Part shown: positions 9,638-19,429 of the stretch, in pieces
Numbering within the stretch: position 1 is the first letter of the stretch
Layout: the number at the start of each line of letters is the position of its first letter
Assembly (NCBI GenBank): GCA_052386775.1
Contig: JBQTJV010000002.1
Location: 1-49,154 of the forward strand
Length of the DNA stretch: 49,154 nucleotides
Direction: 5' to 3'
Source: Betaproteobacteria bacterium
Lineage (GTDB): Bacteria > Pseudomonadota > Gammaproteobacteria > Burkholderiales > SG8-41
The notes under the pieces: model-generated
What the model was told of the DNA's origin: nothing
Seen by the model: only the letters and a program-made list of their open reading frames with translations
Databases searched by the model: none
Program-made: the position numbers and the translations under genes

Positions 9638-10909
9638 ATGAGCGGCATGCACGCGTTGCACAAGATCCTCGCCGAGAAGTCGCGTCCGCGGCGCACTGCG
9701 GTTGCGGCCGGGGAGTTTCTCGAGGTCGAGCCCGACGTATTCGGTGTCATCGTCGGGGTGAATGGCACGGAGGCGAAACGCATGGCCGCCGATCTCGACG
9801 AACTCGGGATCAAGGACCTGCCGCTGAAGGACCGCATCTACGCGGTTTCCGATCATGCGGCCCCGGCGCCGACGCTGGCGCTCGCCGAGGCGCAGAAATC
9901 ATGGCGGGATTTCTTCCGCTCGCGCGGCATCCGCATGTTCGACGGTGGCGCCGGTGTCTCGCATCTCGTGCTGTGCGAGGAAGGGCTGGTGCGCCCGGGC
10001 ATGCTGGCGATTGCGATCGACTCGCACGCCTCGACCATGGGCGGGGTCGGTGCGTATGCGACGTCGCTGGGCGGCGGCCGTCTCACGCTCTACGCCATCG
10101 GGCGCTACGTCATCGAGGTGCCGAAAGTCACGCTGGTGCGCATTAGCGGAAAACTCAAACCCGGTGTACTCGGCCGCGATGCCTCGCTCTATATCAATGG
10201 TCGGCTCGGGCAGCGCGGCGCGTACCAGAACGCAGTGGAGTTCGGCGGCCCCTTCATCGAGAGCCTGAGCATGGACATGCGGTTCACGTTTACCAACATG
10301 GGCACGGAAATGGGCGCGGTTTCGTCGTACATCCAGCCCGACGCGACGACGCTCGAATGGGTGAACCGGCGCAGCGGCCCCACCTATACGGTCTACGAGA
10401 CCGATCGCGATTTTGTCTACGACGCTGTCCACGAGATCGACATATCGGGCATCGGCCCGCAGATTGCGCTGCCCCATGCGCCGGACGACGTCAAGCCCGT
10501 CGACGAGGTGGCGGGCCGCCGCGTCGATCAGGCGTATATCGGCTCCTGCGCGAGCGGCCGGCTCGAGGACATGGCGGAGGCCGCCCGCGTGCTCAAGGGC
10601 CGCAAGGTGCATCCCGATGTGCGTCTCATCGTCACGCCTGGCTCGCGGGAAGTGCTGATGGCCGCGAATGCGCTGGGCTATATCCAGACGATGCACGAGG
10701 CGAACGCAATCGTGACCAGCTCCAACTGCGGGGCGTGTCCCGGGCTGCACGGCGGAATACTCGCGCCCGGCGAGGTGGCGATAACCTCCATCACGCGCAA
10801 CTTCGAAGGCCGCATGGGTACGGGCGCGGAAATCTATCTGGCCTCGCCTGCCACCGTCGCGGCGTCGGCGATCGAGGGACGCATCACCAGTCCGCTCGCT
10901 TATCTGTGA
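9638..10909 (+). CDS. Aconitase-family (3-isopropylmalate dehydratase/homoaconitase-like) large subunit
   Basis: DH, DSH, IGSCASGR, CGACPG (three 4Fe-4S Cys), RNFEGRMG and YLASPATVAAS; RBS AAGGAG. Confidence 0.9.
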   Translation: MSGMHALHKILAEKSRPRRTAVAAGEFLEVEPDVFGVIVGVNGTEAKRMAADLDELGIKDLPLKDRIYAVSDHAAPAPTLALAEAQKSWRDFFRSRGIRMFDGGAGVSHLVLCEEGLVRPGMLAIAIDSHASTMGGVGAYATSLGGGRLTLYAIGRYVIEVPKVTLVRISGKLKPGVLGRDASLYINGRLGQRGAYQNAVEFGGPFIESLSMDMRFTFTNMGTEMGAVSSYIQPDATTLEWVNRRSGPTYTVYETDRDFVYDAVHEIDISGIGPQIALPHAPDDVKPVDEVAGRRVDQAYIGSCASGRLEDMAEAARVLKGRKVHPDVRLIVTPGSREVLMAANALGYIQTMHEANAIVTSSNCGACPGLHGGILAPGEVAITSITRNFEGRMGTGAEIYLASPATVAASAIEGRITSPLAYL

Positions 10910-10923
10910 CAGGAGGCGCCTGA

Positions 10924-11433
10924 ATGAAACTGACCGGCAAAGTCTGGAAGTTTGCGCAGGACGACATCAACACGGGGCTGATCCGCAAGCAGATGTACAA
11001 CCATCTGCCGCCCCACGAGCAGGGCAGGCACTGCATGGAATCGCTCGACCCGGAATTTCCGAAGAACGCGCAACCCGGCGACTTCATCGTGGCGGGAAAG
11101 AACTTCGGCTGCGGCTCTTCAACGCCGGCGCACTATGCCATCGCTGCGCTGGGCATTCCGGTTATCGTGGCGGAGTCTTTCGGTTCGCTGTTCTTCAGCA
11201 ACTGCGTGGGCGGCGCGATCTGGCCGATTATCTGCCCCGGCATCGTCGGTCTCGCGGAGACGGGCGACACGCTCGAAATCGACACGGACAACTATCTTGT
11301 GCGCAATGTCGCGAGCGGCAAGTCTCTGCAAGCGCGAGCGCTGCCGGAAATCTATCGCGCCATGATACTGGCCGGCGGCGAAAAGCCGTATCTCAAGGCA
11401 CGGCTCGCCCGGCAGTCCTCTGTGGCGCCCTGA
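10924..11433 (+). CDS. Aconitase-family (LeuD/DmdB-like) small subunit
   Basis: GKVWKF..DDINT, AGKNFGCGSS and AESF motifs; RBS AGGAGG. Confidence 0.88.
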   Translation: MKLTGKVWKFAQDDINTGLIRKQMYNHLPPHEQGRHCMESLDPEFPKNAQPGDFIVAGKNFGCGSSTPAHYAIAALGIPVIVAESFGSLFFSNCVGGAIWPIICPGIVGLAETGDTLEIDTDNYLVRNVASGKSLQARALPEIYRAMILAGGEKPYLKARLARQSSVAP

Positions 11434-11561
11434 GCGCCTGACCAGGGCTAAGATGGTGCGCGTGCCGTATCGCCGCGGCGGTTCCTCTTACGGGCACTGA
11501 TAGCCGGTGAGTGCAGACGGCCGGAAACCGGGCGCGGCGGTGCGCGCGCCGGTCGATCCGA

Positions 11562-13169
11562 TCAGCGCCGGGAAACGAGTTGCCTCGCGCGTGTCAGTTC
11601 GGCCCGGGTCCCTTGCGACTGTGCACACATGGACGCAAGCTTCTCATAGTAACCGCGTGCCTTTATGCGATCGCCTGACTGCTCCGCCGCGAGCGCCGCG
11701 CCGTAAAGCCCGCGGAACCGGTTCGGTTCCTTGACCGTCGCGGCTTCGTACGCCTTCAGCGCTTCGGCAGGCTGTCCCAGTTCCATAAGCATGTCGCCTA
11801 GCAACTCGCGCGCTGGCATGATCGGGCCCGGCGTCACGACGTGCTTCTCCGTCTGATCTTCGTGGTCGGCGGCCGCGCGCATCTGCGCTAACGCTTCCGT
11901 ATTCTTGCCCTCGGCTCGCAGTGCCCACGCGCTCGCGACCTTGATTTGCACCTCGGTCTGTTCGGCCCAGTAACCCAGTTTTCGCGCCTGCAGCGTCGAG
12001 TGCAATTCGTTGAGCCGGGCGATGTGCTGGCGTGCCGCGGTGGCATCCCCCGCGCGCGCAGCACCGAGCGCGCGTGCATAGACCTGCACGGACTCGGCCT
12101 GCGGAAAACGCTTCCAGTCGGCCTCGGATATCGCGGGATGCAGGGTGATCCGTGCAGCTTCGTTCCAGCGCCCGCGTTCCAGAGCGAGACGTGCAGGCAT
12201 CGCGGCCATGCCGAAGGCGACCGCCAGATTCGGATTCTTCGCGGCGGCGGTCTTCTCCGATTCCGCCCATACCTGCTCCGCCAGCTTGTCCTCGGCCAAT
12301 TGCAGATAGGCATAGGTCATGTAGTCGCGTGCATGCGTGGCGGCTGCCAGCGCGCCCCGGGCCGCCTGCTCGCTGCCCTTGTTTGCCGCAATGGACTCGC
12401 GCCAGTAGCCGACCCGCGTGAAGATGTGCGAGGGCATGTGCTGCGCATGCGCCGCATCGGGCGCGATACGAGCGTAACGCCGTGCCGAAACGAGGCCTTT
12501 GTCGGCGATCGGGGGATAGTCGTAGCTGTGTATCAGGTAGTGCGCGACGCCTGGATGATTCGGGTGCGACTTGAACAGCGGCTCGAGCAGCTGCGCCGCC
12601 TTCAGTGGGCGGCCGAACTTCTTGTCGTTCAAATCGTGGTTCGCGCTCAGTGACAACGCATAAAGTATCCGCGCTTCCATGTCGTCGGGATGACGTGCCG
12701 CCAGTTTTTCCATGGCTGCCTCGTAAGCGAGCGCACGTGCCCTGTGCGGCGTGGACTCGTGGTTTTCATAGAGCTTTGCGAGCGCCTCGATATAGTCCCG
12801 CTCGCGCTGGGTGCCTGCGCCGATCTGCCGGGCTCTGGCGATCGCTGCGGCGCCTTCCTTGAGTCTCAGGCTCACCGGCCATGCGAACGGGTTGTCGGAG
12901 GCGATCATCGCCAAGCCCCAGTGTGCCATCCCGCATCGTGGATCGGTCTGAGCGATGTCTTCGAAAGCGGCCTTGCCCCTGTTCCAGTCAAAAGAGTGAT
13001 AGAGCGCCATCGCGCGATGGAATTTCTGCTGCGCCTCGGCGGAGCACGAAGTCTGGAATCGGACTTCGCCGAGCGTTTCAGTGCCATAACCATGTCCTTG
13101 ATCATCGGTTGCGCACGCAGTCAGCATGGCGGTAACTGCTGCGCTCAGGAAGAGTCTACTTGCGTTCAC
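11562..13169 (-). CDS. TPR-repeat lipoprotein of unknown function
   Basis: Lipobox LTAC; helical TPR-like repeats; NHPGVAHYLIHSYD and HAQHMPSHIF motifs; RBS AAGGAGG before GTG. Confidence 0.8.
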   Translation of the reverse strand: MNASRLFLSAAVTAMLTACATDDQGHGYGTETLGEVRFQTSCSAEAQQKFHRAMALYHSFDWNRGKAAFEDIAQTDPRCGMAHWGLAMIASDNPFAWPVSLRLKEGAAAIARARQIGAGTQRERDYIEALAKLYENHESTPHRARALAYEAAMEKLAARHPDDMEARILYALSLSANHDLNDKKFGRPLKAAQLLEPLFKSHPNHPGVAHYLIHSYDYPPIADKGLVSARRYARIAPDAAHAQHMPSHIFTRVGYWRESIAANKGSEQAARGALAAATHARDYMTYAYLQLAEDKLAEQVWAESEKTAAAKNPNLAVAFGMAAMPARLALERGRWNEAARITLHPAISEADWKRFPQAESVQVYARALGAARAGDATAARQHIARLNELHSTLQARKLGYWAEQTEVQIKVASAWALRAEGKNTEALAQMRAAADHEDQTEKHVVTPGPIMPARELLGDMLMELGQPAEALKAYEAATVKEPNRFRGLYGAALAAEQSGDRIKARGYYEKLASMCAQSQGTRAELTRARQLVSRR

Positions 13170-13411
13170 GCAATCCTCCTTGGAGTATGGGGAACAAATA
13201 CATCCGCATGCTCACGAGGGCGCTGGAGGCGGCGCGGATCAGCAAACGGCGAGCAGCCCCAGACGCTTCACGTCACAGCGGATGCCGTAGCCCCGATCCC
13301 ACACCATCGGGGGAGCGAAAGTATAAGCTCAAGGCGGGGGCGTTTGGCAATGAACCGTACCAGGGACGCGACACCTGCAGGGCGCCGCCTCGGAGGGCAA
13401 ACGCGATGGGG

Positions 13412-14683
13412 TCAGGCGAACTCGCGGGGGTCGGTGATGCAGCCCGAGACAGCGGAGGCGGCTACGGTTGCCGGGCTGCCGAGATAGAGTTTCGCATCCT
13501 TCGCGCCGAAGCGGCCCGCGCCGTTTGCGACCGCGGAAGAAATCGAGACCTCGCCCGAGTGGATGAGGCCGGTGCGGCCGCTCGCGCACACGCCGCATCC
13601 CGCCGGCATGATCATGGCCCCGGCGTCGTGAAACACATCGAAAAGCCCATCCTGTCGCATGCGCCGCGTGGAGTCTTCCGAGCCGGGCGTAACGATGAGC
13701 CGCACGCCCGGCGCAAGATGTCGCCCGCGCAGAATATTTCCCGCGGCGATGAGGTCGTCGTACATGCCCGAGCCGCAGGAGCCGATGAAAGCGTGATCGA
13801 TGCGCGTGCCGGCGACTTCCGCCAGATCGACCGCGTTGTGCGGCGCTCCAGGCAGCGCCACTTGCGGCTCGAGACCGCTCACGTCCATGTCGATTGCAGC
13901 GTCATAGCGCGCATCGAGATCGGGATACACCGGCGCAAACGGGCGTTGCGCACGCTGACGCGCCGCTGCCACGATCTGCTGTGACGGCGGAAAAAAAACG
14001 CCTATCGCGCGCATCTCCGTCGGCGTGCTGCACAGCGAAACCCGTGCGGCAAGACCGAACTGGTCCAGATCTCCGGCGAATTCGAGCACGCGGTAATCGA
14101 TGTCGACGCCGAACTCGCCGCCCGGCTTCAGTCGTTTTCCGATCTGAAAACCGAGATCTCTCGCGTAGACGCCCGCCTTGAGCCTGCCCCTGATCGTCAG
14201 CTTGACCGAGTGCGGCACCAGCGTCCACACCGTTCCGGTGGCAAGCACGCGCGAAATCTCGGTGCCCACGCGTATCGCCAGCGCGCCGATGCCGCCGGCA
14301 TTGGTGCAGTGGCGGTCGTTGTCGAAATAAAAAGTGCCCGGCAGAACCAATCCGCGTTCCATCGGAAAGATGTGCCCGTGGCCGCCCTGGCCGGCGTCAT
14401 AGAAATGCGTGACGCCCCACGCGCGCGCGGCTTTTCGGTTGAACGCACCGCGGGCCGCGGCGCGCTCGTTGGTGTAGACCACATCGTGGTCGGTCACCAT
14501 CAGCACGCGATCGGGGTCGAACAGCCGGTCGATGCCGATCGCATCCATTTCCTGCTTCGCGCCCATCACCACGCCATCGTGAATAATGACGAGATCGGCC
14601 AACGGGTTAACGATGTCCCCGGCGCGCGTGTCGTGCAGGCCGGCGGCGCGCGCGAGAATCTTTTCAGCGGCAGTCATTCCCAT
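13412..14683 (-). CDS. Second aconitase-family (LeuC-like) large subunit, divergent
   Basis: MGMTAAEKILAR, IHD, DHD, IGSCGSG, CGVC and YLGSPATVAASA. Confidence 0.88.
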   Translation of the reverse strand: MGMTAAEKILARAAGLHDTRAGDIVNPLADLVIIHDGVVMGAKQEMDAIGIDRLFDPDRVLMVTDHDVVYTNERAAARGAFNRKAARAWGVTHFYDAGQGGHGHIFPMERGLVLPGTFYFDNDRHCTNAGGIGALAIRVGTEISRVLATGTVWTLVPHSVKLTIRGRLKAGVYARDLGFQIGKRLKPGGEFGVDIDYRVLEFAGDLDQFGLAARVSLCSTPTEMRAIGVFFPPSQQIVAAARQRAQRPFAPVYPDLDARYDAAIDMDVSGLEPQVALPGAPHNAVDLAEVAGTRIDHAFIGSCGSGMYDDLIAAGNILRGRHLAPGVRLIVTPGSEDSTRRMRQDGLFDVFHDAGAMIMPAGCGVCASGRTGLIHSGEVSISSAVANGAGRFGAKDAKLYLGSPATVAASAVSGCITDPREFA

Positions 14684-14755
14684 GGGGTGAGTATATCGTC
14701 TCTCTTTCCCGGGGTGATATCATCGGCGCGACGCGATCACATGGTGGAGAAAAGA

Positions 14756-15742
14756 ATGAAGTGGCTTGCCGGCGTGACGAACTTGTTGACGGCGTTGCTG
14801 GTGTGCGCAGCGTTTCCCGCGCAAGCGCAATGGAAGCCGGAAAAGACGGTGGAGATCATCGCCCCGTCCGGCCCCGGCGGCACCACCGACCGCACGGCGC
14901 GTCTCGTCGCAAAAATCCTCGCGCAGAACAAGCTGGTCGATGTGCCGGTCAACGTCGTGAACAGGCCCGGGGGCAGCGGCACGATCGGCCTCAACTATCT
15001 CAATCAGCACCCGGGCGACGGCCACTACATCATCATCGCGACCACCGGCTCGATCAGCAATCACATCCTGGGGCTGATTCCCTACAATCACACCGCCTTC
15101 ACGCCGCTGGCGATGCTGTTCGAGGAATATCTCGGCGTCAACGTGCGCGCCGACGCCGCGATCAAGAGCGGCGCGGATCTGGTTGCGCGCCTGAAGCAGG
15201 ACCCGCAGTCGGTGAGCTTCGGCGTCTCGACCAGCCTGGGGGGCGGAAATCACACGACCCTCACCACCTGCCTGCGCGCGGGCGGCGTCGATATCAGGCG
15301 GCTCAAGACCGCGATATTTCCGGGCGGCGCGGCGACGACCACCGCGCTGCTGGGCGGCCACGTGGACGTGATCAATACCGGGCTCGGCAACATGGTGGCG
15401 CACCTGCGCAGCGGCAAGCTGCGCACGCTCGCCATCTCCGCGCCCAAGCGCATGTGGGGCGATTTCGCGGCGGTGCCGACGTGGCGCGAACAGGGCGTGC
15501 CCGCGGATTCCTCGAGCTGGCGCGGGCTGATGGGGCCGAGAGGCATGACGGCGGAGCAGATCGCCTACTGGGACAAGGTCTTCGCCGCGCTGGCCCAGAC
15601 CGAGGAATGGAAGAAGGATCTGGAAGCGAACTTCTGGGTGAACGGTTACGCCGGTGCGCAGGCTGCGCGCAAGCGCCTCGACGACGAATACGCCGAGTAC
15701 AAGGCCGTGCTCACCGAGCTGGGGCTTGCGAAACTGCGGTAA
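14756..15742 (+). CDS. TctC/Bug substrate-binding protein (TctC-like subgroup)
   Basis: WKPEKTVEIIAPSGPGGTTD, NRPGGSG, GGHVD, VPTWREQG and WRG; start at ATG 14756 after GGAGA. Confidence 0.9.
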   Translation: MKWLAGVTNLLTALLVCAAFPAQAQWKPEKTVEIIAPSGPGGTTDRTARLVAKILAQNKLVDVPVNVVNRPGGSGTIGLNYLNQHPGDGHYIIIATTGSISNHILGLIPYNHTAFTPLAMLFEEYLGVNVRADAAIKSGADLVARLKQDPQSVSFGVSTSLGGGNHTTLTTCLRAGGVDIRRLKTAIFPGGAATTTALLGGHVDVINTGLGNMVAHLRSGKLRTLAISAPKRMWGDFAAVPTWREQGVPADSSSWRGLMGPRGMTAEQIAYWDKVFAALAQTEEWKKDLEANFWVNGYAGAQAARKRLDDEYAEYKAVLTELGLAKLR

Positions 15743-15814
15743 GCACCTTGCAGTGGCACGCCGCGCTGGCTTTGTTATAGAGTATCAAGCCGAATTCGTT
15801 ACGAGGACGACAAA

Positions 15815-16789
15815 ATGAAGAAGCATTTCCTGATCGCTCTGCTTGCGGGCATCGCAGGCACCCTTGCCGTTGCGACGCCTTCCGAGGCACAGACCTATCC
15901 GACGCGCGCGGTGCGCATCATCGTGCCGTTTCCGCCGGGCGAGGCGGCCGATACCATCGCGCGGCTGGTGGCGCCTGTGCTTTCGCAGCGCATGGGGCAG
16001 CAGTTCGTCGTGGACAATCGTCCCGGAGCGGCGGGCCAGATCGGGTTGCAGCTCCTCAAGCAGGCGCCGCCGGACGGCTATACCATCGGCATGGGACAGG
16101 GCGGCAACATGTCGGTGCAGCCCCACACCTACGCGAAACTGCCCTACGATGCGCTGAACGATTTCGCAGGTCTTTCGCTTGCCGCGACCAACTACCTCGC
16201 GGTCGTCGCGAATCCCGGCGCACCGTTCAAAACGCCGAAGGATATGATCGACTGGGCCAAGAAGAACCCCGGGAAACTGTCGGTGGGCACGAACGGCGAG
16301 GGCGGTTACCCGCACCTGACGATGGAGTTCCTGGCGCGTTCGGCGGGGTTCACTTTCCTGCACGTGCCGTACAAGGGTGCAGGCCAGATCACCACGGAGG
16401 CGATCGCCGGTCAGATTCAGACGGGGGTGGGCTCCTACACCTCGATGTCGCCGCATGTCGCAGCGGGCCGGCTCAAGCTGATCGCGGTGACCAACGACGT
16501 GAAGGTTCCGAACAAGCCAGACCTGCCGATCTTCGCCGAAGTCGTGCCTGGATACGATATGCGCGGCTGGTTTGGCTGGGTAGCGCCCGCCAAGATCCCG
16601 CGCGACATCGTCAAGCGTCTCAACGCCGAAATAAACCGCGCCATGCAGCAGCCCGAAGTCAACACCAAGCTGGTCGATCTGGGTCTGCTCGTGCAGAACG
16701 AGTCCGCCGAGTACTTCGACAAATTCCTCAAGGCGGAATACGAGAAGTACGGCAAGCTGGTGCGCGATATCGGCCTCAAGCCGAAGTAA
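15815..16789 (+). CDS. Bug/TctC substrate-binding protein
   Basis: Signal peptide; YPTRAVRIIVPFPPG, DNRPGA, PDGYT and HVPYKG. Confidence 0.95.
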   Translation: MKKHFLIALLAGIAGTLAVATPSEAQTYPTRAVRIIVPFPPGEAADTIARLVAPVLSQRMGQQFVVDNRPGAAGQIGLQLLKQAPPDGYTIGMGQGGNMSVQPHTYAKLPYDALNDFAGLSLAATNYLAVVANPGAPFKTPKDMIDWAKKNPGKLSVGTNGEGGYPHLTMEFLARSAGFTFLHVPYKGAGQITTEAIAGQIQTGVGSYTSMSPHVAAGRLKLIAVTNDVKVPNKPDLPIFAEVVPGYDMRGWFGWVAPAKIPRDIVKRLNAEINRAMQQPEVNTKLVDLGLLVQNESAEYFDKFLKAEYEKYGKLVRDIGLKPK

Positions 16790-16836
16790 AGGAAAGCGGG
16801 CGCGGCCGTGCCCGGCCGCCACCCGCCCTGACGCAG

Positions 16837-17442
16837 TTACTCGCGCATCGCGCGCGCTTTCTTGGCGGCCGGCCGATCCCAGCAGCGCTGGAACCATGCA
16901 CTGAAGCGCGGCCATTTGGCGAGATCGAGCGTGTGCGCCCGATAGAGCGCGGACGCGACATTGAGATCGCCGACCGAAAACGCGGGTCCTGCCAGCCAAT
17001 CGGTCTTTTTCAGTGCCGCTTCGAGGACATCGAACGCCGGCACCACTTCCTTCCAGGCTGCGTCCGCGACGTCCGCTTTGCGTTCTGCGGCGGGCAGGTC
17101 TTTGGTATGCCGGCAGTAGTTGACGAGCTGGCGGTCCAGCCGATCGGTCTCCCACAGGCTCCACTGCCACACCAGCGCCTCGTGTTTCGGGTCGCCGGGA
17201 TAAAGCGGGCTCCTGTGTTTCTTGGCGAGGTACATGTTGATCGCCATCGACTCGGACAGGATGAAGCCATCGTCGTCGATCGTCGGGACGCGCGCATTGG
17301 GGTTGAGCGCGAGATACTCGGAAGTCCGCGTTTCCGGCGAGCGCGGCAGCCAGTCTTTCTGTTCGTAGGGAATACCCAGTTCACCGACCATCCAGAGCAC
17401 GCGCAGGGTGCGCGATTTCGCCGAGCCGTAGATGCGTAGCAT
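16837..17442 (-). CDS. Glutathione S-transferase family protein
   Basis: SRTLRVLW, LNPNARVPT, LSESMAI and FSVGDL; RBS GGAGG before ATG 17442. Confidence 0.92.
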   Translation of the reverse strand: MLRIYGSAKSRTLRVLWMVGELGIPYEQKDWLPRSPETRTSEYLALNPNARVPTIDDDGFILSESMAINMYLAKKHRSPLYPGDPKHEALVWQWSLWETDRLDRQLVNYCRHTKDLPAAERKADVADAAWKEVVPAFDVLEAALKKTDWLAGPAFSVGDLNVASALYRAHTLDLAKWPRFSAWFQRCWDRPAAKKARAMRE

Positions 17443-17472
17443 GTAATCCTCCAATAGGGCGTTGAAAATCCG

Positions 17473-18312
17473 TCACAGCCACTTCACGGGCTCGAAGGAC
17501 GGGTGATAGACGCCAAGCGACCTGGCGTAGCCGTCCAGTCCGGGAAAGAGGCTCGTGCGCGTAACGTTCATGTGGTAGAGCTGCCGCAGGATCGGGCGTC
17601 TCAATTCGATCGGGATCACCAGCTTCACCACGTTGTCTGCGCTGTGATACTGCGGCAGCGCCCGCAGATTATCCATGAAAGGCAGCCGGCAGTCTCCCGG
17701 CACCATGAAAATGCCCTTCTGCGTGCGCAGGCGCTCGTTGAGGCGGAACGGATTCACCGGCACCGTGCACCGCACGTGGGGCGTTCTTAAAAACGCTTCC
17801 GCAGCGATGCTCTCCTGTTCCTGAACGGTCGGCTGAAGAAACGACTGCACCCCTTTCTTCCCGGCCTTGCGCAGCGCCGTCACCGATGCCCGCGATGCCC
17901 ACGGGCCGTTGATGGCCCAGACGGCGCAGTCGTCGTCGGCATCCTCCAAGGCGAAGTAGGCGGCGACATAGACGGAATAGCTGAAGTCCACGCAGCGCGT
18001 CGGCGCCCCGTGATGCTCCATCAACGCCAGCCACTCCAGCATGGCGTTGTCGCCGGGGACGTGGGCGGCGTACTGGTGATAGGCGCGCTTGAAATCGCGC
18101 AGCAGTTCCTGCTCCAGGTCGTAGCGCTCCTTGACCGGTATGCCTTCCCGCGCGAAGCAGCGCTCGATCGAGCTTTCGATGACCCAGTCGGCCTTGCGAT
18201 GTCCGCGGTACAGCCAGCCGGGCTTCGCGTAGCGGTTGAGGTCTTCGCAGTTGTCGAGCCGGATGCCGGTGATCTCCGGGTCGCGGCTGCGCTTGCGGGC
18301 CGTCCTGTTCAC
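17473..18312 (-). CDS. FRG-domain protein
   Basis: WLYRGH, WLALMEHHGAPTRCVDFSYSVYVAAYFA, NERLRTQKGIF and SLFPGLDG: canonical FRG family motifs. Confidence 0.88.
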   Translation of the reverse strand: MNRTARKRSRDPEITGIRLDNCEDLNRYAKPGWLYRGHRKADWVIESSIERCFAREGIPVKERYDLEQELLRDFKRAYHQYAAHVPGDNAMLEWLALMEHHGAPTRCVDFSYSVYVAAYFALEDADDDCAVWAINGPWASRASVTALRKAGKKGVQSFLQPTVQEQESIAAEAFLRTPHVRCTVPVNPFRLNERLRTQKGIFMVPGDCRLPFMDNLRALPQYHSADNVVKLVIPIELRRPILRQLYHMNVTRTSLFPGLDGYARSLGVYHPSFEPVKWL

Positions 18313-18314
18313 GT

Positions 18315-19418
18315 TCAGGCCTTCAGTGCGCGGTAGAGGAAGGGCAGGCTCACGTCCATGCGGTAGTCGATATCGGAATGGTTGTCGTCGAATTCTTCAT
18401 AGGTGTGGCGTATGCCGGCCCGAGCGAGGCGCTGTGACAGGATTCGCGAACCGTAATGGATATGGTACTGATCGCGCCAGCCGCAGTCGAGGTAGATGCC
18501 GCGCAGCGTCTTCAGATTCGCGCGATACCGTTCCACCAGATTGATCGGATCGTGTGCGAGCCACCTGCGCCAGCGCTCGGGCAGCAACTCTCCGGATTCC
18601 ATATTGAAAGGCACGCGAAAGCCCAGCGGCACGCGCGGGTCCGGGTCGTAGGTCGCCGCCATGCAGATATTCATGATGCAATGACCTTCGGCGCCCGAGA
18701 CTTTCTCCTTGTGCCAGACGTGGTCGAGAAAGCGCTTGATGCGTCCGTCATCGATTCCTTCGTCCAGTCCCTTGCGGTCCGACTCGCGGCGCGCGTCGTA
18801 GCGCCCTGCCTTGCGCTTGGGCTGACGGTGTTTCGCCAGTTCGTTCAGCGTATTGGGCCAATCGTGCCGGTACACGAAGTCGAAGTACGCGTCGCCCGAG
18901 TGGTCGGCAATCGCGCCCCAGTACTTCGCATGCTTCATCGCGTGCAGCATGGCGCCGTAACCGCCCGACGACTTGCCGAAGCAGCCGCGATGCTCGCGGC
19001 GGGCGAGCGTCCGGAACTCGCGATCGACGAAGGGAACGATCTCGCGCGTCAGATAGTCGGCGTAGTTGCCGGTCGCCGCCGAGTTCACGTACTGGTTTCC
19101 GCCCAGCGCCGTGAAGCAGTCGGGGAAGACGATGATCGCCGGGCCCATCTTCTGCTCGCGGATGAGCCTCGCCGCGCGCTCCGGCACGTTGTCGCCAAAG
19201 GGTTTCCAGTTGGTATGCGAAAGCCCGGTTCCGGTGAAGCCCACGAGATCGTAGAGGACGGGAAATCGTCGAGTACCTGAATCGTCGTACTGCGGCGGCA
19301 GCCACACGGCGAGTTTGCGGACGTGCGGGTCGTGCAGGGGATTGTCCCTGAGCACGTTCGAGGTGTGCTCCAGCACGACCAGCGTGCCGCCGGGTCCTTT
19401 CGGGCGTTTGCGTGCCAT
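18315..19418 (-). CDS. Alpha/beta hydrolase, enterochelin esterase (Fes)-like
   Basis: VWLPPQYD, RFPVLY, FGKSSGGYG nucleophile elbow, DCGWRD and EEFDDNH; start at MARKRPK. Confidence 0.85.
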   Translation of the reverse strand: MARKRPKGPGGTLVVLEHTSNVLRDNPLHDPHVRKLAVWLPPQYDDSGTRRFPVLYDLVGFTGTGLSHTNWKPFGDNVPERAARLIREQKMGPAIIVFPDCFTALGGNQYVNSAATGNYADYLTREIVPFVDREFRTLARREHRGCFGKSSGGYGAMLHAMKHAKYWGAIADHSGDAYFDFVYRHDWPNTLNELAKHRQPKRKAGRYDARRESDRKGLDEGIDDGRIKRFLDHVWHKEKVSGAEGHCIMNICMAATYDPDPRVPLGFRVPFNMESGELLPERWRRWLAHDPINLVERYRANLKTLRGIYLDCGWRDQYHIHYGSRILSQRLARAGIRHTYEEFDDNHSDIDYRMDVSLPFLYRALKA

Positions 19419-19429
19419 TCGGTCTCCGT

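Noticed and set aside
14684-14722. GGGGTGA direct repeat and TGATATCA palindrome between the divergent LeuC-like and TctC genes
   Set aside because: Short and single-instance, with no cognate regulator nearby. It cannot be distinguished from chance.
15754-15770. TGGCACG as a sigma54 -24 element before the Bug gene
   Set aside because: The TTGC -12 element is absent at the required spacing.
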